The translations under genes were made by a program, and so were the position numbers. Below, piece by piece: positions 35,344-44,990 of a stretch of DNA of 64,000 nucleotides (the first letter of the stretch is position 1; each line of letters begins with the position of its first letter). The notes under the pieces are model-generated. The model worked only from the letters and a program-made list of their open reading frames with translations, was not told the origin of the DNA and searched no databases. Source of the stretch: Caldilineales bacterium (GTDB lineage Bacteria > Chloroflexota > Anaerolineae > JAAEKA01); NCBI GenBank assembly GCA_041391245.1, contig JAWKOJ010000004.1:691-64690 (forward strand), read 5' to 3'.

Positions 35344-36224
35344 CCGACAGCATCTCGCAACAGCACCGGCCGGCCAACGTGTTGATCACCGGCGCCGGCA
35401 CCGGTCTTGGCCTGCAAGCATCGCTTGCGTTGGCCGGGCGCGGGTTCAACGTCTATGCCAGCGTGCTGGATGCCGATCAGCAGGCGCGCGTGATGCAGGA
35501 AGCGCTGGAGCATGGTGTGACCGTGCACGCCCCGCTCCTGGACGTCACCGACGAGGCCGCAGTTCAGGCGACCATCGACGATATCCTGACCAACGACGGT
35601 GAACTTCTGGGCGTTGTCCACAACGCTGGCATCAGCCTGCGCGGCTATTTCGAGGACTGCGACGACGAGATCCGGCGGGTCTTTGAGGTGAATCTGTACG
35701 GCGCCATGACTGTCACGCGGGCAGTTCTGCCTCACATGCGCGCGGCGCGGCGCGGCCGGCTGATCTTCGTCAGCTCCATCGGCGCACGCGTCGCATCCAT
35801 GGGCAGAACAGCCTACTGCGCCAGCAAGTTCGCGCTGGAAGGCTTCGCCGAGTCGCTGATGCAGGAGGTGACTCCGCTGGGGCTGCATGTCAGCATCGTC
35901 GAGCCGGCTATCATAAAGACCGAGCGCTGGACCGTTCACCGCGGCATCGCCCGACGGGCGCAGGATCCGGCCAGCGCGTACCATGACTGGTTTCAACGCC
36001 AGGAGCAACTGGCAGACGAGTTGGTACGGACCTCGCCCACGACCCCTGAGCAGGTGGCCGATACCATCTATCGGGCGCTGACGGAGAAAAAGCCACGGTT
36101 GCGCTACGTCGTCGGACGGCGGGCGCGGCTGGTGGTTGCGCTGCGGCGTTATGCGCCGGCAGAACTGTTCGAGCGTGTGTACTTCGGTGAAGCAATGCGT
36201 CGGGTAACCGGGGCGCGAACTTAA
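35340..36224 (+). CDS. Classical short-chain dehydrogenase/reductase
   Basis: 294 aa. Contains 'VLITGAGTGLG', 'HNAGI' and catalytic 'AYCASKFALEG' (YxxxK intact). Confidence 0.85.
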   Translation: MTDSISQQHRPANVLITGAGTGLGLQASLALAGRGFNVYASVLDADQQARVMQEALEHGVTVHAPLLDVTDEAAVQATIDDILTNDGELLGVVHNAGISLRGYFEDCDDEIRRVFEVNLYGAMTVTRAVLPHMRAARRGRLIFVSSIGARVASMGRTAYCASKFALEGFAESLMQEVTPLGLHVSIVEPAIIKTERWTVHRGIARRAQDPASAYHDWFQRQEQLADELVRTSPTTPEQVADTIYRALTEKKPRLRYVVGRRARLVVALRRYAPAELFERVYFGEAMRRVTGART

Positions 36225-36278
36225 GCGGTCTTTCTGATACCGCTTTTGAAATATCTCTATCGGACAGGAAACCTCTGA

Positions 36279-37316
36279 ATGTTCTCAAAACTGCGTGCCG
36301 TCAATCTGCTCGGACCTACCCTGGCCGCCCGCATCGGCAAGAGCAAGGAGTTGAGCAACAGCACGATCCGCGGCTACTACGCAACGCAGGTGCTGATTGC
36401 GCTGATCGATGTCGGGTTCATCGATGCGTTGGCTGCCGGCGATACGATCTCAGTCGGTTCATTCGCCCGATCTGAGAACCTCGATGCGACGATCCTGCAG
36501 TCCTTGTGCGACTACGCCTATGAGCTGGGGTACCTGGACCGGAGAGACCCGGGATACATGCTCAGTCAAAAGGGTGTGCTTGTCAACGAGTTGATCAAGG
36601 GCGCGCTGTTGTCAGTCCATGCATATGCAGATATCTTCAACAACCTGGATAGCCTGCTGCGCGGAGAGTCGGCCTATGGCGTGAACATCACGCGCAAGTC
36701 GAAGTACGTGGCCATCGGCAGCGGCTATTCGGCGCAGGTGCTGGCAATTCCGGTGTTGTCCAGGCTTCTTCTGGAACATAAACGCACGCGTATCCTTGAC
36801 CTGGCCTGCGGCGACGCCACATTTCTGGTCAACATGTGCGCCAGCAGCCCGCAGTTCAGCGGCTATGGCGTAGACATCGCTCCCGAGGCGGTCGAGGCCG
36901 GTAATCAGCAGCTTGCCGCGCGCGGTTTCAAGGATCGCGTCCAACTGGTGGTCGCCGACATGTTTGCGATGGATGGTTCGTTTGGCGAGGTTGGCGCCAT
37001 CGATGCAACCACGTGCGTCTATGCGCTGCACGAGTTTCTCAGCGACGACAACGAGCGGCTGATGTCGCTGCTCAGGAAGTACCGGACACGTTTTCCCGGC
37101 GTGCCGCTGGTCGTATGCGAGGTGATTCGCCACTCGCCCGCCGAGTTGCGCAGCAAGCCGGGCGGCGTGATGGAGATTCAACTGCTGCACGACCTGTCCA
37201 ACCAGCGGTTGGCGACCCGCGGCGAGTGGCAGGAGATATTCCGGCAGGCGGGCTTCGCCAATGTGGATGAAACATATCTGGACTTCGCCCGCACGGCGGT
37301 CTTTGTAGCAGGTTGA
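36279..37316 (+). CDS. Class I SAM-dependent methyltransferase
   Basis: 345 aa. SAM motif I 'ILDLACGDATFL'. N-terminal helical region as in small-molecule O-/C-methyltransferases. Confidence 0.75.
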   Translation: MFSKLRAVNLLGPTLAARIGKSKELSNSTIRGYYATQVLIALIDVGFIDALAAGDTISVGSFARSENLDATILQSLCDYAYELGYLDRRDPGYMLSQKGVLVNELIKGALLSVHAYADIFNNLDSLLRGESAYGVNITRKSKYVAIGSGYSAQVLAIPVLSRLLLEHKRTRILDLACGDATFLVNMCASSPQFSGYGVDIAPEAVEAGNQQLAARGFKDRVQLVVADMFAMDGSFGEVGAIDATTCVYALHEFLSDDNERLMSLLRKYRTRFPGVPLVVCEVIRHSPAELRSKPGGVMEIQLLHDLSNQRLATRGEWQEIFRQAGFANVDETYLDFARTAVFVAG

Positions 37317-37430
37317 GCATTCATCCTGGTTGAGCCGGGTCTGTGCACAGCCACCGGGCGGCGAATTGCACAGAGCAGCGACACCAGTTTAGATGCATCT
37401 GCGACATTCGAACGTTCAAGAGGAGACTCC

Positions 37431-38297
37431 TTGGTGACTGATAGTGTTTTGGTAACTGGCATTTCCACCGGATTTGGCCAGGAGATCGCCCTGATGCTGG
37501 GCGAACGCGGGTACACCGTGTACGGGACCGTGCGCAACATGGATCTCAAGCCGCAACTGGAAGACCTGGCAGCGAAACGCACCGCTGACCTGCGGGTCGT
37601 CTACATGGATGTGACCGATCAGGCCTCCATTGACGCCGTAGTGAAGCAGATTGTCGCGGAGTATGGCACGATCTATGGCGTGGTCAACAACGCCGGGATA
37701 CTGCTGCGGGGCTATTTCGAGGATCTGACCGACGGCGAGATTCGCCACCTGTTCAACACCAACTTCTTTGGCACTCTGGCGGTGACGCGCGCTGTTCTGC
37801 CGGCTATGCGTACGGCGCGGCGCGGCCGCGTGGTGGTCATCTCCTCGGTGGCCGGCAGGATTGGCTCGCCCTCGGGCAGCGCCTACAGCGCCTGCCGCTT
37901 TGCCCAGGAGGGCTTCGCCGAATCGTTGCGCCAGGAGATGCAACCGCTAGGCGTGTACGTCAGTCTCATCGAGCCGGGCATTACCAAGACCGACACATGG
38001 AAGCGCGGCACTGCATCGGGTGCTGGGGCGAACACCTCGAACCCTGACAGCCCGTATTATCAGTGGTTCAAACAGTCGCAGGCGCTTTTCTACAACGCGA
38101 TGGAGTCCTCGCGGATCACGGTCGAGGACGTCGCCGGCGCCGTACACCGGGCGATCAGCGAGCCGCAGCCGCGGTGGCGCTATACGATCGGCCCGCGGGC
38201 GCGACTCGTAATCAACGCGCGCCGATATATCCCTGGAGAGCTGTTCGAGCGTTTCTACTTTGGTGCGATCATGCGCCGGGTGACTCGCTCGGGCTGA
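37431..38297 (+). CDS. SDR paralogue of 35340..36224 with YxxxR in place of YxxxK
   Basis: 288 aa. Collinear with the first SDR ('VLVTGISTGFG', 'NNAGI', 'FEDLTDGEIRHLFNTNFFG') but the catalytic region reads 'AYSACRFAQEG'. Confidence 0.8.
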   Translation: MVTDSVLVTGISTGFGQEIALMLGERGYTVYGTVRNMDLKPQLEDLAAKRTADLRVVYMDVTDQASIDAVVKQIVAEYGTIYGVVNNAGILLRGYFEDLTDGEIRHLFNTNFFGTLAVTRAVLPAMRTARRGRVVVISSVAGRIGSPSGSAYSACRFAQEGFAESLRQEMQPLGVYVSLIEPGITKTDTWKRGTASGAGANTSNPDSPYYQWFKQSQALFYNAMESSRITVEDVAGAVHRAISEPQPRWRYTIGPRARLVINARRYIPGELFERFYFGAIMRRVTRSG

Positions 38298-38337
38298 TTC
38301 GATAGACTCCTTCGAAATAGAACTTGGAGATTATTGC

Positions 38338-40401
38338 ATGACAGAGCGACCGGCGGCCGGGACTGTTCCCGTGTTAACGCCTTCTCAGTTGACCCAGAAC
38401 GACTCGTTTTACGCCGCAGACGATCTGGTTTTCCGCCAGGCGGCTCCACAAGGGTTTGGAGATCGGCAAAACAGTTGGGCATGGAGTATGTACTGGTGGA
38501 AGGGAAAGCTCTATGTCGGAACCAACCGCGCCTGGCACTGCGCTGAGCATGCCGGTTTGAATTCGGCTTTCCCCCTGTTTATCAAGTATCCACCCAAGGA
38601 TCCCGATGCGCAGTGCACGCCCGATCCCACGGAACTGCCGCTGCGGGCCGAGATCTGGTGCTGGACGCCGGGCAATGACAGTTGGGAGCGGCTCTACCAG
38701 TCGCCTCAGGATGTTGCGATTCCGGGCAAATCGGGCAAGCTGACGGCACGTGAGGTTGGGTATCGCTACATGGCCGAGTTCACCGAGCCGGATGGGACGG
38801 AAGCGCTCTATGTCTCCGGTGTCAACGCCCGTTTCATCTTTCGCCCTGTCCCGTCGCCGCGCATCCTGCGCTCGGTGGACGGGAAAACCTTCGAGCCATT
38901 GCCGCAGGATGCCGGAACTTTCATGGGCACGCTGGACAAGTGCTCTTTCCGTACGCTGGTGGTTTACAAGGATCGATTGTTTGTCCACGTCGGTTCGGTG
39001 CGCGGCGAGGGGATCATCCTCGAATCGACCGATCCCGCGCGCGGCAACGACAGCTTCCACCAGATTAGCCCGAAGGATATGCGCGCCTTTGAAATGGTGG
39101 CCTACAATGGATACCTGTATGTCGGGCTGCGCGACCCGAAGAAAGGATACTCGGTTTGCAAGACCGACGCCACTGGCTCGGCGCCCTACCGATTTACGAC
39201 GGTGGTAGAGCCAGGCGCGTTTGCCTCAAACCCATCGTTTAGCGTGATCAGCATGTTCGTCTTTCGGGATCGGCTGTTTGTCGGCACCGACCGCCCGGGC
39301 GAGATCATTCGTATCAATCCCGACGACACATGGGATCTGGTGTGCGGAGCGCCGCGCGAGACGCCCGATGGATGGAAATACCCGCTCAGCGGGCTGGATA
39401 CAGGCTTCGGCAACTGGCTCAACGCCCATATCTGGCGTATGCAGGAGTACAACGGCCGGCTTTATATCGGCACCTGGAACATGGCGACCGATTTCCGCCG
39501 CGTGGCCGATGCCGATGCCTATCTGCGCCCCCACTACGGCTTCGACCTGTTTGAAACCGCTGACGGCTGGCATTTCACACCCGTCACTACCAGCGGTTTC
39601 GGCGATATCTACTCCAACGGCGTTCGTTCCTTCGCCAGCACCCCGCACGGCCTGTTCGTGGGAACAGCCAACAAGTGGCAGGGGTTGCGTGTGTGGCGGG
39701 GAACTGAGCGTGCTGGCGCATCTGAGTTGGACCGTTCTCCGCGAGCGCCGTTGCGCCTGGAGGCAGAAACGGTCGACAATCGGGTGATTCTTTCGTGGGA
39801 AGACCCGGGTTCAGCGGGCCGCTATCGGGTCTATCGAGCGCAGGTAACTAACATCCGCGACCAGGTGATGTCCAACTCCTTCATGACGCGCATGATGCGG
39901 ATCATGAAGACGATTCTGTTCTTTATGCCCGATCTGTACGTGCCGCCTGTTCCGCAAGAGTTGTGGGTTCCCGGCGCATACGAGGAGATCGCTGAAACCG
40001 ATCAGTGGTTCTGGAGCGATAGCAATGTCTCACCGGGCGCGCGCTACCAGTACCTGGTGCGAGCAGTGGACGCCACAGGGTCGCTTTCGACGGACTCAAA
40101 CATTGTCTCGGCGCCCTATCTTTCCCCCGCGGTTACTTTTGACAGGGTGCTGAAGGAGACTGCCTCACTCCCTGCGGCAACGGAAGAAATGGCGACCGGA
40201 TCGGTCAGCGAGGCAAAGCAGAGGCTTGACGGCGGCGATATGATCGGCGCGCTGGCGCGGCTGGAAGATCTGGCTGGCAAGCTGGCAGACTATCCGGCCG
40301 ATCAACCCGCCCTGGTCGATGACGTGCAGGTGTTGGTTGCAAAGCTTCAGCGCCGAGTTTTGCTGCATCAGGCGGGTGTGTTGGCACACTCGGCGCTGTA
40401 G
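38338..40401 (+). CDS. Conserved hypothetical protein, propeller-like repeats + Fn3-like + helical tail (paralogue A)
   Basis: 687 aa, GGAG RBS, no signal peptide seen. Contains 'PQGFGDRQNSWAWSMYWWKGKLYVGTNRAWHCAE' and recurring '(L/F)(Y/F)(V/I)GT' strands. Also 'IRINPDDTWDLVCGAPRETPDGWKYPLSG' and 'VILSWEDPGSAGRYRVYRA'. No family recognised. Confidence 0.6.
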   Translation: MTERPAAGTVPVLTPSQLTQNDSFYAADDLVFRQAAPQGFGDRQNSWAWSMYWWKGKLYVGTNRAWHCAEHAGLNSAFPLFIKYPPKDPDAQCTPDPTELPLRAEIWCWTPGNDSWERLYQSPQDVAIPGKSGKLTAREVGYRYMAEFTEPDGTEALYVSGVNARFIFRPVPSPRILRSVDGKTFEPLPQDAGTFMGTLDKCSFRTLVVYKDRLFVHVGSVRGEGIILESTDPARGNDSFHQISPKDMRAFEMVAYNGYLYVGLRDPKKGYSVCKTDATGSAPYRFTTVVEPGAFASNPSFSVISMFVFRDRLFVGTDRPGEIIRINPDDTWDLVCGAPRETPDGWKYPLSGLDTGFGNWLNAHIWRMQEYNGRLYIGTWNMATDFRRVADADAYLRPHYGFDLFETADGWHFTPVTTSGFGDIYSNGVRSFASTPHGLFVGTANKWQGLRVWRGTERAGASELDRSPRAPLRLEAETVDNRVILSWEDPGSAGRYRVYRAQVTNIRDQVMSNSFMTRMMRIMKTILFFMPDLYVPPVPQELWVPGAYEEIAETDQWFWSDSNVSPGARYQYLVRAVDATGSLSTDSNIVSAPYLSPAVTFDRVLKETASLPAATEEMATGSVSEAKQRLDGGDMIGALARLEDLAGKLADYPADQPALVDDVQVLVAKLQRRVLLHQAGVLAHSAL

Positions 40402-40418
40402 ATGGTGGAGATATAACG

Positions 40419-42557
40419 ATGAGTGATACAACAGGTGTGACTATGAAGCGAAGATCCGTGTTGGGTATTCTTGGCGGCGCGCTGATCGCTGCTGTGCTCA
40501 TGATTGTGTTGATGGCGCCGTTGGACGTCCTGGCGGGATATCCACCCGACGCAGACGACTTTGTGTCGATGGCTCCCCAGGGGTTTGGCGATCGCCAGAA
40601 CAGCTGGCCGTGGTCGATGCAATGGTGGAACGGCTATCTCTACGTTGGGACCAATCGGGCATGGCACTGCGCCGAGACAGCATCGTTCCATAACCTGTTT
40701 CCTGGCAGCGTGACCTACCCGCCCGATGATCCCGACATGGAGTGTCCCGAGGATCCGGAGGACATTCCGGCTCAGGCTGAAATCTGGCGTTGGTCCCCGG
40801 GGACCAACGCCTGGCAGCGAGTCTACCAGTCTCCCAACGACGTGCTCCTGGCCAGCGGCAAGTACACATCGCGCGATATCGGCTTCCGCGGCATGACGGT
40901 ATACACCGAAACCAACGGAACCGAGGCGCTTTATGTCACCGGCGTGGCAGCCAAGTTCATCAACTTCGAGGGCGCGCGCGACCTGCCACCGCCGCGCATT
41001 CTGCGCACCACCGATGGACTGAACTGGGAGGCCGTGCCGCAGACGCCGGGCACCGGGTTGGGTGATTTCCCCTGGGCCAGCCTGCGCAATCCATTCGTCG
41101 ACAAGGGGCGTCTCTACGCGATCGGCGGCTTCGCCCAGGGCAGCGGCGTTCTCCTCGAATCGTCTGACCCGGCCGCCGGCGACGATTCTTACGGCGTTGT
41201 CAGCGCCTGGGGGATGCTGGCGTCGGCCGGCGCGCCCTTCAACAACCAGTTGTATGTGTCAACCCAGAGTCTGAGCGGCTACAAGATCTACCGCACCGAC
41301 AACAGCGGAAGCGCGCCGTATTCCTATACGCAGGTGATCAACAACGGCGGCTATCTGAGCAGGCCAAACAACGAGGTACTGTCCATGATGGAGTACAACG
41401 GCCGGCTCTATGCGGGGGGCAACGGCGTAGTCTTTCGTGGTACGCCAGCCGAGCTGATCCGCATTAACCCCGACGACACGTGGGACGTAGTTGTGGGTGA
41501 TCCGCGCGACACGCCGGACGGCTGGAAATACCCTCTCAGTGGCTTCACTTCGGGATTTGGCAACGATTACAACGGGCACATGTGGCGCCTCGAGTCCTAC
41601 GAGGATAACCTGTTTGTTGGAACCTTTGACAGCTCGACGGTCTACAAAGATGATCCGGTGCTGGAACCAATTCTGCGCGACCTGATGGGCTTCGATCTGT
41701 GGCGCTCGCCCGATGGCACCGAGTTCTACTCAATCACAACTCAGGGGTTCGGCGACAAGTTCAACTTCGGCGTTCGATCGATGGAAGCCACACCCGCGGG
41801 ACTCTTCGTCGGCGCGGCGAACTACTACTACGGGCTGCAGATCTGGCGCGCCCCGCAGATGCGGCATGTCTTCATGCCGTCGGTGGTGACAGGGCAGGGC
41901 GCCCGAGCCGCCGGCCAGCCGGCTGCCTATGGGCCGTCCATGAGCGCCAACTGGCGCAGCCACGTGGAAACGGCCACAACGGGCGATGGGGTTGTCGTCT
42001 CATGGGAACCGGCGGCCGGCGCCGCGCGCTACCGCGTCATGCGCTCCTCGTTGATCACCCTGTCTGCGGCGGACTACCCCAGCCTCGACGCTGACATGAC
42101 AGCATGGGGCAAGCCGGTAGAGGTCGGTGAGACGACGGACGCGTACTTCAAAGACAGCACTGCAGCGGCCGGCCGGAAATATGTCTACGTTGTCGAAGCT
42201 CTCGGCAATGCGGGAGAGGTCGTCCGGTCGAACGTGGCGCCTGCGCCTGCCATGAAGCCGCCGGCCACCTGTGCGGCGATTGCCGGCAAGATATCAGACT
42301 ACAGCACGCGCGGCAGGATCGCGGGTGACACGAATGATCTGATCATGTCTGATCTGACCGCTGCGCAGACAAGCGCGGCAGCGGCGCAGTATGCCGACGC
42401 CGCTGCGACGCTGATCGGCCTGCAGCATAAGATCGAACAAGCGGACCCGTCCATGATGACCGAATGGGAAGCCGAGGATCTGGGAACGCTGTTGAGCAGG
42501 TTGGTCCGGCAGCTATCGCTCATCCAGTCCGGCGCACTCCCGGCTGAAGCGCTGTAG
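40419..42557 (+). CDS. Conserved hypothetical protein, membrane-anchored/secreted paralogue B of 38338..40401
   Basis: 712 aa. N-terminal hydrophobic segment 'RRSVLGILGGALIAAVLMIVLMAPL'. Shares 'PQGFGDRQNSWPWSMQWWNGYLYVGTNRAWHCAE', 'IRINPDDTWDVVVGDPRDTPDGWKYPLSG' and 'VVVSWEPAAGAARYRVMRS' with paralogue A. Confidence 0.6.
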   Translation: MSDTTGVTMKRRSVLGILGGALIAAVLMIVLMAPLDVLAGYPPDADDFVSMAPQGFGDRQNSWPWSMQWWNGYLYVGTNRAWHCAETASFHNLFPGSVTYPPDDPDMECPEDPEDIPAQAEIWRWSPGTNAWQRVYQSPNDVLLASGKYTSRDIGFRGMTVYTETNGTEALYVTGVAAKFINFEGARDLPPPRILRTTDGLNWEAVPQTPGTGLGDFPWASLRNPFVDKGRLYAIGGFAQGSGVLLESSDPAAGDDSYGVVSAWGMLASAGAPFNNQLYVSTQSLSGYKIYRTDNSGSAPYSYTQVINNGGYLSRPNNEVLSMMEYNGRLYAGGNGVVFRGTPAELIRINPDDTWDVVVGDPRDTPDGWKYPLSGFTSGFGNDYNGHMWRLESYEDNLFVGTFDSSTVYKDDPVLEPILRDLMGFDLWRSPDGTEFYSITTQGFGDKFNFGVRSMEATPAGLFVGAANYYYGLQIWRAPQMRHVFMPSVVTGQGARAAGQPAAYGPSMSANWRSHVETATTGDGVVVSWEPAAGAARYRVMRSSLITLSAADYPSLDADMTAWGKPVEVGETTDAYFKDSTAAAGRKYVYVVEALGNAGEVVRSNVAPAPAMKPPATCAAIAGKISDYSTRGRIAGDTNDLIMSDLTAAQTSAAAAQYADAAATLIGLQHKIEQADPSMMTEWEAEDLGTLLSRLVRQLSLIQSGALPAEAL

Positions 42558-42574
42558 GGCCGGGAGGATCTGTC

Positions 42575-43924
42575 TTGGCACGGTTCCTGCTTGCCTGCTA
42601 TCCCATCGCGGGACATCGCACTCCCAACATCGCAGTCGGCCACGATCTTGCGGCGCGGGGCCACGATGTTGCGATCTACAGCGGCTCCCTGGCGCGCCCG
42701 TCTGTCGAGCAGGCCGGCTTCGAGTTCATTCCCTATGCTGAGGAGGTTGATGAACGCATCACGGACATTCTCCTGGCCAGGGACGAGGCATCCTTCGCTG
42801 GTAGCGTTTCGATGAAGCGGGCCTCGGCCCTGGATTTCAGGAAGACCAGCGCGGTGATGAGCGACTGGTTTCTGTCAACGGTTCCCCAGCAGGTCAGTGA
42901 CCTGCAAGTCGCAATCGACCGGTGGCATCCCGATGTTCTGGTAACCGACATCAGCCTTTTTGGTCCGATCCTCATCCTGAAGGAACTTGTTTCCATACCG
43001 GTCGCCGTCTTTTGTGTGCTCATCGCCTGCCCGCTGCCCGGCCCGGACGCGCCTACCTGGGGCCGCGGGCTGCCGGCGCCTCGCAATCGGCGCACGCGGC
43101 TGCGCTCGACGGTGGAGCGGCTCGCCCAGGATCGGGTGTTGGCGCGATTCCGTGCGGATGCCAACCAACTGAGGGCTGACTATGGGTTGGCGCCGCTGGA
43201 CGAGACAGTGACAGCCTATTCGGGCAAGACTCCGCTGTACATGGTCGCTAGCGCGCCGGAGTTGGACTACAACCGGCAGGACCTGCCGCCGTCGGTGCAA
43301 TACGTTGGCCCATGTCTCTGGCACGGGGCAGGGCAGCAAGACGTTCCGGACTGGCTGGCCGCGCTGGCCGCGCGCCAACGCCCGGTCATCCATGTGACAG
43401 AAGGCACTGTCCACCTGCGCAAGCCGGTGGTGCTGGGCGCCGCTGCCCAGGGGTTGGGCGGCATGAATGCAGATGTCATCATGACTACCGGCCAGCAGCG
43501 CGATCCGGAGTCGCTCGAGCTTGGCCCGCTGGCCGACAACATCCGCGTCGAGAGCTTCGTGTCGCATGGCGCGTTGTTTCCGCATACCGATGTCGTCATC
43601 ACCACCGGCGGCGCGGGCACGGTGTTGACCGCGTTGACATTCGGTGTCCCGTTGATTGTGGTCCCGACCGGATGGGACCTGCCGGAAAGCGCGCAGCGCG
43701 TGGCCGAATGCGGCGCGGGTGTGCGCATCGACCCCAAGAACTGCACCGCGGAGAGCCTGCGGGCAGCCGTAGAACTGTTGTTGAACGACCCGTCCTATCG
43801 CGAGAACGCGCGGCGGGTGGGCGCAGCACTGGCCCGGCAGGGCGGGCCGGCGCGTGCGGCTGAGCTGCTGGAGCGGCTCGCACCAGCGCAGTCTTTGACT
43901 GATATCGATGAGCTTTCGTACTAA
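42575..43924 (+). CDS. GT1-family (MGT/UDP-glycosyltransferase-like) glycosyltransferase
   Basis: 449 aa, TTG start. N-terminus 'FLLACYPIAGHRTPNIAVGHDLAARGHDV'. C-terminal donor-binding region 'FVSHGALFPHTDVVITTGGAGTVLTALTFGVPLIVVPTGWDLPESAQRV'. Confidence 0.8.
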   Translation: MARFLLACYPIAGHRTPNIAVGHDLAARGHDVAIYSGSLARPSVEQAGFEFIPYAEEVDERITDILLARDEASFAGSVSMKRASALDFRKTSAVMSDWFLSTVPQQVSDLQVAIDRWHPDVLVTDISLFGPILILKELVSIPVAVFCVLIACPLPGPDAPTWGRGLPAPRNRRTRLRSTVERLAQDRVLARFRADANQLRADYGLAPLDETVTAYSGKTPLYMVASAPELDYNRQDLPPSVQYVGPCLWHGAGQQDVPDWLAALAARQRPVIHVTEGTVHLRKPVVLGAAAQGLGGMNADVIMTTGQQRDPESLELGPLADNIRVESFVSHGALFPHTDVVITTGGAGTVLTALTFGVPLIVVPTGWDLPESAQRVAECGAGVRIDPKNCTAESLRAAVELLLNDPSYRENARRVGAALARQGGPARAAELLERLAPAQSLTDIDELSY

Positions 43925-43939
43925 TCCAGGAGAAATGAG

Positions 43940-44968
43940 ATGAAGGTTCTGGTAACAGGTGGGTGCGGGTTCCTCGGATCCCACACCTGTGAGTTTTACG
44001 CCAAGCGGGGAGACCAGGTTGTCTCCTACGACAACATGACCAAGTACGAACTGAAAAGAACCGGCTACGGCAGCGACCGGGCGCGCAACTTCAACTGGGA
44101 CTACCTCTCCAGTCTTGGCGTCGAGATGGTGCGCGGCGATGTGCGCGACCATGAACAGTTGCTTGACAGCGCCGCCGGTGTTGATTTCATTATCCATACC
44201 GCAGCCCAACCGGCAATGACGATCTCCATCGAAGATCCCGACCTGGACTTTTCGACCAATGTGTTAGGAACCTACAACGTGTTGGCAGTCGCCAGACAAC
44301 TGCGGGTGCCTGTGGTCTACTGTTCGTCGATCCACGTCTACGGCAACGCCATCAACGACACATTGGTGGAATCCGACACGCGCTACCTGCGTACACCGGC
44401 CGAGATCGACGAGTCGCATCCACTTCTGGAGGGACTAGTCACACCGCTGCATGCCTCCAAGCGCACCGGCGAGATCTACCTGCAGTCCTTTGTGGACACC
44501 TACAAGATCGAAGCGGCGGCCTTCAGGCTGACTGGATTGTATGGGACGCGGCAGTTCGGCGGCGAAGATCACGGCTGGGTTGCCAACTTTGCTATTCGCT
44601 CCGTACTGGGATGGCCTATCACCCTTTTCGGCACCGGCAAGCAGGTGCGTGACATTCTGTTCGCTCCCGACGCGGTGGCGGCTTTCCACGCATTCTACGA
44701 GCGCCGCAGACCGGGCATCTACAATATCGGCGGCGGCGAGGGCCACTCGATCTCACTGCAGGAGTGTATCGATCTGATCGGTGAGATTCTGGGCCGGGAG
44801 CCTGATGTGACGTTGAAGGACAAGCGGCTGGGCGACCTGTGGTACTTCATCTGTGACATCTCCAAGGCCCGGCGCGAGTTGGGCTGGCAGCCGCTAGTTG
44901 CGCCCAAGGAAGGGGTCAGCAACCTGATCCAGTGGATCAGCGACAACCGTGATTGTTTCCAGCAATGA
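43940..44968 (+). CDS. Extended-SDR NAD-dependent sugar epimerase, CDP-paratose/tyvelose 2-epimerase-like
   Basis: 342 aa. Contains 'MKVLVTGGCGFLGSH', 'GTGKQVRDILF' and 'YNIGGG'. The expected 'SPYGxSK' reads 'TPLHASK' (Tyr position is Leu). The family call is from my recollection of RfbE-type sequences. Confidence 0.7.
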   Translation: MKVLVTGGCGFLGSHTCEFYAKRGDQVVSYDNMTKYELKRTGYGSDRARNFNWDYLSSLGVEMVRGDVRDHEQLLDSAAGVDFIIHTAAQPAMTISIEDPDLDFSTNVLGTYNVLAVARQLRVPVVYCSSIHVYGNAINDTLVESDTRYLRTPAEIDESHPLLEGLVTPLHASKRTGEIYLQSFVDTYKIEAAAFRLTGLYGTRQFGGEDHGWVANFAIRSVLGWPITLFGTGKQVRDILFAPDAVAAFHAFYERRRPGIYNIGGGEGHSISLQECIDLIGEILGREPDVTLKDKRLGDLWYFICDISKARRELGWQPLVAPKEGVSNLIQWISDNRDCFQQ

Positions 44969-44990
44969 GAGGCAGCGCAAGGAGACTGGC

